A DNA stretch of 64,000 nucleotides from Eledone cirrhosa (lineage: Eukaryota). The position numbers and the translations under genes are program-made. Under the pieces are notes generated by a model. The model did no database searches, was not told where the DNA came from, and was given only the letters and a program-made list of their open reading frames with translations. Numbering within the stretch: position 1 is the stretch's first letter; every line of letters starts with the position of its first letter. The stretch spans positions 158,534,001 through 158,598,000 of the forward strand of contig OZ024741.1 of assembly GCA_964016885.1 (NCBI GenBank), in the 5' to 3' direction. Of this stretch, positions 54,268 through 64,000 are shown piece by piece.

Positions 54268-54840
54268 CGCATGATGGCTCCAACTCGATTTCGAGTAATG
54301 CTATCGCTTGATACTTAAGCATGAGCAGTACGGACGTGGCTTTTTAGTCTTGCTAGGGACCTGCACATTCTTGTACAGACATTGCAAGAATGGGGGTGTC
54401 TCGCAGTAGGTGTTACGATCCTATTTTGGTGCACTTTCAAATGACTTTTCTGTCCACCAACTGTAGCACATTCTTTTCCACACTCCCCACAAACAGAAAT
54501 GCGATACAATGCACAGTTGACAGTGTCCCAGTGTACGTGGCTTCTCCAATGACTTCCAATGCCCGCCCTACTTAGACATAGCCGGCTAAATTCTTTACAG
54601 GTTAAATCAACCTGCATACCAAGATACTTAGACAAACCAAACTCAAAGCCCTTACAAACACACCGCTTGAGAAGTTCATGCTCAACACGGTTTCTTTCAA
54701 ATTCTCCCCTCTCTTCATGCACAGCTTTCCTCCAGGAAAGTCGATCTAGAGCGAGGCTTTCCCAGTTATTCTCCAATATTTTCATCTTCCTCGGTATGCT
54801 TTAAATATAATTTCTGTACCTCAATTTTGGTTTGTGCGCC
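54268..54840 (-). mobile_element. RTE-ZnF LINE 3' fragment
   Basis: WESLALDR.SWR, decayed first finger, CGECGKEC..SHLKVH, CNVCTRMCRSLARLKSHVRTAH; ctcgaaatcgag 3' hairpin. Confidence 0.8.
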
Positions 54841-54844
54841 GTCG

Positions 54845-54908
<64 letters not shown>

Positions 54909-55346
54909 TTATAAAAAGCCAGTTTGTTTGTAAGTTGACCGCTAATTATACGAAATAAAATTGATAACAATTAAAAATTAAGGTTTTTCATGTCTTTTCA
55001 ACTAATCCGACTGCCATCAAGCTCGCTGTCGATTTATTTTCCTAAAATGAAATGGGTGCGTGTTGGGGGAGAATTTACTGCTATTTTTAGCACCCAAATA
55101 CTGCCCGTCCACGTTAGGCTATCTATATATAGAGAGGAAAGCACTACACCTCTCTCAATCCACCTCCTCTTTCCAACTTACTAAAACTTTTCTACGTTAT
55201 TTTTTTTCGTTTGTTGTCGGCCGGCCTGACATCTGACTCATCCATCATCTTCCCCCTCTTTCTCACTAATTCTTTTTTTTCTCTATCTGTATATGTCTCA
55301 CTCTTTCTTTCTCTCTGTATATATAGACAGACACACACACACACAC

Positions 55347-55395
<49 letters not shown>

Positions 55396-55801
55396 GGATT
55401 GTGAAGAAATCTTTTACCTTGGGTTTTGGGTTTTTTTTCAACTAACCCAACCTCCGACATGCTTGCAATCGCCTGATTTTCCAAAAGCTGAATGGGAGGC
55501 GAGGGGGGAACCCTCGGATTTTCCCATCCTCAGGGATTTCTTCAGTGCGAATAACAGAGGCAGGAAGGAAGGGGACACACTCGGAGTCACAGATAAATAC
55601 CCCTCAACCGTTTAAATTTATAGAAAAACAATCAGTTGATACTAAAGGATGTTTTGGTATTTCATAATTTTGTACTGTTGTGGAAAGTGTTGTAAGTTTA
55701 ATTATGTGTTCCCCAATTTCCACAACGAGGAGTGGCTGTATGAAAGAGCAATCCTTGCCCTCCAAAACATCAGTGAATGCCATTAACAAAATCTCTCACA
55801 A

Positions 55802-56171
55802 ATGATCGCTGGAGGTAGCCAGATTTATATATCTATCGACAGACTTGAATTTCTCAGCAATCGGGAACTGTTGGGTATGCTGAAACACAACCTTGAATTG
55901 AAGAAGGGCAGAATCCCAATGCTTCTCAGAAACTTGGATCAGCCAAGATTGTGTAATGGGACGCGTATTGTTATGACTGAACTACAGCCTCACGTTATCG
56001 AAGCCCAAATCCTCCTTGGATGTAATAAGGGAGATATCGTATTTACCTAGAATGCTGCTCACATGGTCCATTGTATGTAGTTTATTCCAGAGTAGGAAGA
56101 CCCCCAACAAACTCTTAATATATGCTCCAAAGAAAAAAGTTAAAAACATTCTATATACTGAAGTTCTGTAA
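55802..56171 (+). pseudogene. Helitron Rep/Hel PIF1-like helicase C-terminal remnant
   Basis: HNLELKKG..PMLLRNLDQPRLCNGTR and SRVG...IYAP...KNILYTEVL*. Confidence 0.8.
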
Positions 56172-56228
56172 GTGTTTTATAATTTTCGTAGAAAACATTT
56201 TTCTTTTATTTTCTTTCTTTATTGTATA

Positions 56229-57345
56229 CTAGCAGTAAAGCCCGGCGTTGCTCGGGGTCGCTCAGTAGCTGTGTTAAAGTTACAATGTTAAGTTTCTTTT
56301 TTGGCTTAAAAACTGTAGTGTCTACTGTGCAGACTTGCATGTGGTGTTTTTGATTAATATTCCCTCAACCAACAATATGCCTTATGAAGTTAAGAAAACA
56401 TAACGATAACCCGAATGTTATAACAAAAGAGGATGCTGGGGATAAAAACTGCACTGGTTATTTATTAACAAAGATCGAAAATGTAAACACTGCAACGCAG
56501 AGAAAAACATTAGCGTAACCAAATTATCAGTTATGTCTGTCTGCACGCCTATATCACCTCTCTGCACGACTATCTGTCTGCACGCCTATATCACCTCTCT
56601 GCACGACTGTCTGTCTGCACGCCTATATCACCTCTCTGCACGACTGTCTGTCTGCACGCCTATATCACCTCTCTGCACGACTATCTGTCTGCACGCGTAT
56701 ATCACCTCTCTGCACGACTGTCTGTCTGCACGACTGTCTGTCTGCACGCCTAACGAAATTTACAGATACATATATTTTAAATAAACTTATATAATTTTTG
56801 CTTTTTTTTACGAAATATTTGCTTGTTTTACGTAGTCTTTAAATAGACTTGTTTTCAAGTAAAAATATTGTTTTAAAATGCTTTTAAATGGAAATGAAGC
56901 TTGTTTTACGTAGTCTTTAAATAGACTTGTTTTCAAGTAAAAATATTGTTTTAAAATGCTTTTAAATGGAAATGAAGCAAAACGGAAGCTTAGTGTTCGA
57001 ACTGATGAATTTTGCAGGTCAATATTTTGCTGGCTCGACAACTGTTCGTGTATTGTGTTAATGTCATTTTAAACGCTGAGAAAGCCAGCGTAATTTTTTA
57101 CGTAAGGCGCTCAATGTAAACAGAAAAAAGGGAAATAACTGATAACTTACGCTCAAAAATCGATACATTATATTCGATTTCGTCACATAGGGTGGGTCAA
57201 TTTGAAATATTTTTTTTCCGATGTCTTCGCTAGGGCTCAATGTACAAGTATAGCAATTTCGGTGCAATTCCGTGAGAGATTCTAAGAGGAGATGTGTGCC
57301 AAAAATCGATAGACAGACAGACAACCACAGTTTTATATATATAGA
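56229..57345 (-). mobile_element. Non-autonomous Helitron
   Basis: Minus strand: A|TCtatatatataaaa...(ctgt)n start; subterminal hairpin cccgagcaacgccggg and CTAG|T end; internal ~33-37-bp tandem repeat (56535-56750) and 78-bp duplication (56821-56978). Confidence 0.88.
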
Positions 57346-57984
57346 TTGCCTTCTTTTCCGAAAATGTAATGGGTGGGGGGAGGGACCTCGGATTTTCCCC
57401 AGCCTCGGATATTTTTCTTCAGTGCGATTAACAGATAAGCACCTCTCAGCCCTTTAAATTTATAGAAAAGCAATCCCTTGATACTGGGGGATGTTTTAAT
57501 CCTTCGTCATTTTGTACTGTTTGTGGGAAGCGTTGTAAGTTTAATTAAGTGTTCCCTAATTTTTAAATCCACCATTCCAATGAGGAGTGGCTGTGTAAAA
57601 AAACAATACTTGCACGCATAAAAAAAAAAAAAAAAAAAAATCAGTGAATGCCATCAACAAAATTTCTCACAAATGTTTTATAATTTTCATAGAATACATT
57701 TTTCTATTACTTTCTTTATTACTTTCTGTATTTAGATATTCTAAATAATTTTTTAAAATTATGTAATACAATATTTAAATACCTTTTAACACCTTTTATT
57801 CTAAAGAAAATGGACATTACGACAGATGATAATAGGTGCCTTATGAATAGATTTGAGCACAGTACACACATATATATATATGTGGGGAAATAAACAGACC
57901 TGCTTTTCTCCAAGAAATTTGTTTCGTTTTTGTCCCTGCTCACTTTCCTCTATCTTTCTATTTCATCTTTAATTTCCCATTCTA

Positions 57985-58020
57985 TTTTCTGATGAAGGGC
58001 TAGTGTCCGAAACGTTAAAA
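57985..58020 (+). ncRNA. Minimal hammerhead (ACGT palindromic stem III) in a PLE-type 3' end abutting (CA)n
   Basis: tttt-CTGATGA-agggctagtgtcc-GAAA-cgTT-aaaa. Confidence 0.8.
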
Positions 58021-58094
58021 CTTTTCCTGCTGAATTAAGCGTGAAACTATTATATATCTTCATTGTTCTTCATCGTCTGTTGTGTTTTTTTCAG

Positions 58095-58180
<86 letters not shown>

Positions 58181-59239
58181 ATTTGGGTAAATATTTTTTA
58201 TTCTTACAAATGATGTAGCGCTCATGGCAGCTTTGGTAACAATAGTTTCAGTAGACAGAATGTGTGTTTGTTTGTCATTTCCCTCTCTATATGTTAACTG
58301 TACTACTTTTATCGGTCATCCACCTAATGAACAGTAAGGTTGCAAACACACACACACACACACATACACACATACACACACACTCACACACACACGCGCG
58401 CGCGCGAAGTTTTATCTGTATATAGGCAGAATAAAAGTAATAGAGACTGCGTAAATGAGTATATAAATTTACATATTTTTAGCATATAGCCATGTAAACA
58501 TGCCGAATATACGCATTTCCTTGTAATTTGAAAAAATATACACATCTTTAATCGATATTAGGACACACACACACACACACACACATATATATGTATATAT
58601 ATATAGCTTGTGTATGAATTTATCATTATATTTTGTACATTCACTTTTCCTTGAGATAATGTTTTACAACTGGATGCCGTTCCTGACACTAGCACTCTTT
58701 GTCGCAGGCACATTGTGTACTCTTCTAAAACCCGGGACAAATACGTGCGCCCCCCCCCCCCCCCCATATATATATATGTATATTATACATGTTGGAGTCC
58801 CACCTTAATTTTCAGTCGATCATATCCACCTCCACAAAAAAGCATAAATAAGAAAAAGGAAAAAGGTGAAAAACAAGGACAAATATAAAGCAGTTAAACA
58901 TTCTTGTTGAATCTTTTCGTAACCTCCTTGTACTGAAAGGATCTTGTTTATGGTTGGTGGATCCTTGGCAATATATTGTACCTCCAATCTTGATATATTC
59001 TTTTTAAAGACTAGCTTCAAGATGTCCTTTCTTTCTCAGACTAGTAGTTTTTACATTGGAACAAATAGTGACATGTTTGTTCCTTCACTAAATCATGTTG
59101 TTAGCTGTGATGATGAGATCAACACTGGTGTATATTCAACAGTGCGTGTAAGTTCTTGGCAATATACATAACATCAAATGAAAGGCTTTATCAATTGTAT
59201 CATAACCCGGTGTATTAATTATAGAGTTACCTCCCTGTA

Positions 59240-62200
59240 TGATCTGAGTTCAAATCCCGCCGAGGTTAACTTTGCCTTTCATCCTTCCGGGGTCGATAAA
59301 ATAAAGTACCAGTAATGCACTGAGTAATTGCTGGCCTTGTGCCAAAAGTAGAAACAATTAATTGTATTAACACAACTCACGTTTTATTGATATTCTCGGG
59401 CGGCAGATTCGTTAGAACGTCGGATAGAATGTTTTGCGGTATTCGTTCCGACTCTCTGCACTCTGAGTTCAAAACCCGCCGAGGTCAACTTTGTTTTTCA
59501 TCCGTTCAAGGTCGATAAAAAAGTTGATTCTTTCCTTATATTCCCTTTTCACTTCCTCTCTATCACTCACACACTTCCCCCCAAAGAAATCGGCTGCGTT
59601 CAGTTCTGGAGAAGAATGGACTCTGCCAGGTTTAAAATGCTCATGTCATTGCGGTGTCCCCACGACTCCATTAGGAGTTACAGTCCACACATACATTGAT
59701 ATTCTATTTACTAGCAGAAAACATAATTAGTCAACATTTTGGGGAAGAATCTAGAGATAAGCTATCAAAGTTTTGCCAACCTTTAAAACGTATAAGATAT
59801 TGAATAAGGTTAATAAAACACAAAACTTTATTGGCTTCGAACATGCCGTATACCCTTAAACTATATTTTATCAAAACAAGTTGTATAGAATTTCCGCTAT
59901 GTTCCTGTGGAGACTATCCGCAAACTTTATGGCGTTATTTCTTCTAATGTAAACATTGCTAATCTGATTGAGGGAGGGGACATTTTAAAGTAAACTTTTA
60001 TCATTACTCCCATCTCCGAGACCTGATTCGGGTGTAATAATGGTTCCTGATTTAGGCACAACGCCAACAATTTTGGGGAAGGGGAAAGTCAATTAAATCG
60101 ACTCTAGTGCATTACTGGTATTTTATTTTATCGACCCCGTAAGGATGAAAGGAAAAGCTAACTTAGGTGGGATTTGAATTCAGAACGTAACTAAATACTG
60201 CAAAATGTTTTGTTCGACACTCCTACAATTCTGCCAATCCAGCGCCCTTAAAAACCTAACATACACAAGGCCAGCAATTTGGAGGAAGAGTAAAGTCGAT
60301 TACATCGACCCCACTACTTTACTGATACTTTCACAGCCCTTAGACGAGTGTAATAATGATTTCTACTATAGACACAAGGCCAGAAATTAGTGGGAGGGGG
60401 AGGGTTAGTCGATTAAATCGACTCAGTGTATTACTGGTGCTTTATTTTAACGACCCCGCAAGGATGAAAGGCAACGCTAACCTCAGCGGGATTTGAACTC
60501 AGAATGTAAAGGGCCGTAACTCTATGCCGCAGAGCATGTCCGACGCTCTACCGATTCTAGTAATAAAAAATTACCCACATTTTAAAACCGGCCTTAAAAA
60601 AGAATACCAAGCAGGAGGTGTAGGGAGGTATAAATTAAATGAATGAATGAATAAATAAACAGATAAATAAATAAATGTCAGACTGTCAACCTTGTACTAT
60701 TCATAGGCCTCCTTCAGTCATGGCTGACAATTGCATCTAGAACAGTCAAGGACAACCTGCGGCCGCGAAGCTTTCTGAATGACTCGCCTAAGTCACCTAA
60801 GTGAAATCTTTCTGATTTTTTTTACGAGCAAGGAAAACAACGTGTACGAATTCGGAAGAAACAAATCGAAACAACCTGAGTTAACACCCCTTTTTTTTCA
60901 ATGTGGGCACGAATGTAAATTAGTGCTTGCGGCCCGCCTGATGATGAACCATATTTCATGCGGCCCGCTTCTCGAAAAAGGTTGCCCATACCTGATCTAG
61001 AAGGTTCTTCTAGAAGATACAAGCAAGGTGTGTTTTTTTTTTCTGTGTGTGAAAGACTAGCTGTTATATCAATGCATACCAATCTCCCTTCTTCACGTCA
61101 CCGATGTTGTCCAATGGAAAGGTAAAGGCCGATACAGCGTGGCACCAGTATCATCGCACATAATGCTTTGTCCAGGTAAGTGAACTGGAGCAACGTGAAT
61201 TAAAGTGTTTTGCTGAGGTCTCGACACGCCGTCCGATCCGGGAATCGAACTTACAATTTCACAATGTACTATTACAGTTGTTATAACTTATTTCTCAAGC
61301 TTTTGTTACTATTAACTCTGACGTCATAACCACTGTTGTTATCGTTGTTATTGTTTGGGCGGTGGATTGGCAGTATCGGTAGAGGGGGGGGGGTCTGATG
61401 CCATGCTTTGCAGCAAAGAGTTACGGCCCTTTATGATCTGAGTTCAAATCCCGCCGAGGTTAACATTGCCTTTCATCCTTACGAGGGTCGATAAAATAAA
61501 GCACCAGTAATACATTGGGATAATTGCTGGCCTTGTGCCAAAAGTAGAAACAGTTATCGTTGTTATCGTCGTTATATATATAATTACTATGGCGGCAGCT
61601 TTAGCCCATCTCTCCAGCTAGTATTTCTATTTTAGGTTCAATGCCAGCAAATTTGGGGGAAGGGCAACGTTGATTTTATCAACCCAATATTGACTGGTAC
61701 TTTACTTTATCGACCTAGGAAGGATGACAAGCAAAGTTGAACTGGAAGGAATTTGAACTCAGAATATAAAGAGGTAGAACAAATACCGTAATGGCATTTT
61801 ATTCAACGCTCTACCAATTCTACCAACCCAACACCCTTCCAGCTAGTATCATTCGGTGGATTGGCAGTATAGGTAGAGGGTCGGACATGCTTTCCAGCAT
61901 AGTTACGTCCCTTTATGATCTGAGTTCAAATCCTGCCGAGGTTAACTTTGCCTTTCATCCTAACGAGGTCGATAAAATAAAGTACCAGTAATGTACTGGG
62001 TAATTGCTGGCCTTGTGCCAAAAAGTAGAAACAATTATTAATATTGTGTGGATTGACAGTATCGGTAGAGGGTCGGGCGCCATGCTTTCCAGCATAGAGT
62101 TACGTCCCTTTACGGACTGAGTTCAAATCCCGCCGAGGTTAACTTAGCCTTTCATCCTTCCGGGGTCGATAAAATAAAGTACCAGTAATGTACTTGGTAA

Positions 62201-62590
62201 TTGCTGGCCTTGTGCCTAAAGTAGAAACAATTATTACTATTGTGACGAGGGTGGTGAATTGGCAGTGCTAATAGAGAGTCGAACAAAATGCTTTGCTGTA
62301 TTTAGTTACAATTTTCTATGTTCTGAGTTCAAATCCTGCCGGGGTGAACTTTGCCTTTCATCCTTCCAGGATCGATAAAATAAGCAACAATTAATTACTG
62401 GGGTTGATATAATCCCAGACCTGTCACCGTCGGACGGTGAGATCTCCCACCCACTTTGGTGAAAATGGGTATAGCTTTCATTATGTAAAATCTCCCCGTT
62501 TTGGGGCACCTTTTTTCATGGTACTCCTCGCTTGGGTTTTTAGAGGTTGGCAGGTCTGAAATCCACATTCCTCCATTAAATTGCTAGCCT
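59240..62590. mobile_element. Cluster of about 10 SINE family B copies in both orientations
   Basis: Plus copies near 59240, 59400, 61355, 61855, 62045 and 62250; minus copies near 60040, 60260, 60355 and 61620. Confidence 0.85.
60743..60994. mobile_element. hAT/Charlie-type MITE
   Basis: Perfect 8-bp TSD atctagaa; degenerate TIRs; gcggcccgc subterminal motifs. Confidence 0.82.
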
Positions 62591-63189
62591 TGTGCCTAAA
62601 TCAAAAATCAGTGTTAATACTGTGACGTCATCCACCCAGACAAAAGCGTAACTTCCTCATAATCATTACATCATAACTATAGTGTTTTCACTACACCCAC
62701 ACCGTCTACTTTTTCACTATTACTGTTACCTATACGTCACACCCACTAAGCCCACCCGATGGTGATATCCTGTCAGTATGTATTCCTCATTTGGTTTTCA
62801 CAAACCATTCTGAAAAAAAGCGTGGCTGAGTAAGAAGAGAGATAAAAATGATGATAGTATTAGTGGTAGTGGTGGTGGGATGATGCTGGTTGTAGCAGTG
62901 GGGGTGGTAGTATTACTGATGGTGGAAGTGGAGGTGGTGGTGGTGATGCTGCTGTTGGTGGTGCTAATGGTAGCAGTGGTGGCGGCGGTGGCGGTGGAAT
63001 TGGCTCTAAGAACAGTACAACATGGAATGGACATAAAGAAGTTTTAATTATATCAATGGTGGTGGTGGTGGTAATGGTAGCTACACCTAACTATTGAACA
63101 CGTTAATAGGGTGTCGTCGAACTTATAGTATTTAAATACGCCTCTACGTTCTGGGTTGAAATTTCGCGAATGTCAACTTTGGCCTTTCA

Positions 63190-63222
<33 letters not shown>

Positions 63223-63339
63223 GTCGTGTGGTCAATAGAATAATACCAGTTGAATGTTGGCGTTTTCTCCTCTAATGTACCAGTCATATTGTGGTGTTGG
63301 TAAGAAGAGCCTGAATAGTCTCTTCTGAAGCTCTTTGAG

Positions 63340-63620
63340 ACGGTTATTATGGACAATTTCCCAAAGTCCTTATCTTGGCAGTTCTACAGAGGAGGCATTG
63401 CTTGTTCAGTTCTACATGTACGGCCATATTGGAACCACCAGCAACCAAACCTGTCCGAGATGCCAAGAAGAGTGGATAACTTTTCTGTTACGTTGCTATG
63501 GCGAAAGAAGCTGTATTGTGAACGCAGTTGAAAGTTTCGAGGACAGAGCTTTTCCTCTCAGGACAAGCCCTCACCAACTTCTTCTGACGGCACTTGAGGG
63601 GAGGGGATGTGAGGATAGAG
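63340..63620 (+). mobile_element. Possible decayed LINE (I/Nimb-like) C-terminal zinc-knuckle fragment
   Basis: EEALLVQF...HIGTTSNQTCPRCQE...FLLRC resembles the CxxC..H.L..C terminus of such elements. Confidence 0.4.
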
Positions 63621-63774
63621 AGGGTGGTGTTGTCTTACAGTAAGTTTTATAACATGTAGATGAGAGTATCAAAAGTAATGTGACTAAATCAGCCTCCTCT
63701 AACTATGCAGTTTGAAGTTAATGACTACAATTGGGTGAAGGCGCTTGTCTTTGATGTGTTAAGTTGTTCTAGAG

Positions 63775-64000
63775 TAGAGATTCTCAAACTTTTTGGCCCA
63801 CCGCCTCCCTCACGGCCATGTAATACCCTCAGCGCCCCCAACCCTATTTCCAGAGAGACCTGCCTACATGCAAATTGTAAATAATATATAATAAATAAAA
63901 TCGTTAATTTATATATAATAAATAATATAATATATACTATGTATAGATAAATATCATACTTTTTATTTTACTATATTTATATATAATATGTATCATTTGA
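63775..64000 (+). mobile_element. Probable hAT MITE left end, truncated by the window edge
   Basis: ttctagag target-like 8-mer followed by agagattctcaaacttttt. Confidence 0.4.

Noticed and set aside
63335-63643. SUEL/galactose-binding lectin exon (RCYGERSC)
   Set aside because: Cysteine spacing incomplete and no convincing splice sites; a LINE zinc-knuckle remnant fits better

Overview
Repeat-dense animal genomic DNA. The SINE families and microsatellite load suggest an octopus-like cephalopod, which is inference from recalled similarity and not a database result. The only host-gene piece I can support is coding exon 1 of an integrin alpha subunit (49125-49342, +). I could not find its exon 2, so the last ~14.6 kb is probably intron 1. 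The rest is mobile DNA: two large Penelope-like retroelements (PLEs; RT plus C-terminal GIY-YIG), an RTE LINE ending in three C2H2 fingers, CRE-, R4/Dong- and CR1-type fragments, Helitrons, hAT/piggyBac/Tc1-mariner MITEs, two tRNA-derived SINE families and satellites. The main hidden signal is about 16 readable minimal type I hammerhead ribozyme motifs. Most sit in short fold-back elements embedded in (TA)n-type microsatellites and belong to several sequence-divergent families that share one architecture. The two ribozyme-bearing arms have their 3' ends pointing outward, and a one-sided unpaired tail carries a quasi-palindromic GAG(TG/CA/TA)CTC motif about 20-40 nt beyond the arm end. One short element (33873-34320) is nearly identical to the two termini of the 4.5-kb PLE at 21701-26160, tying the family to PLE retrotransposition. 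Most short ORFs in the supplied track are microsatellite artefacts. Coordinates were read by eye, and TE fragment boundaries are approximate.
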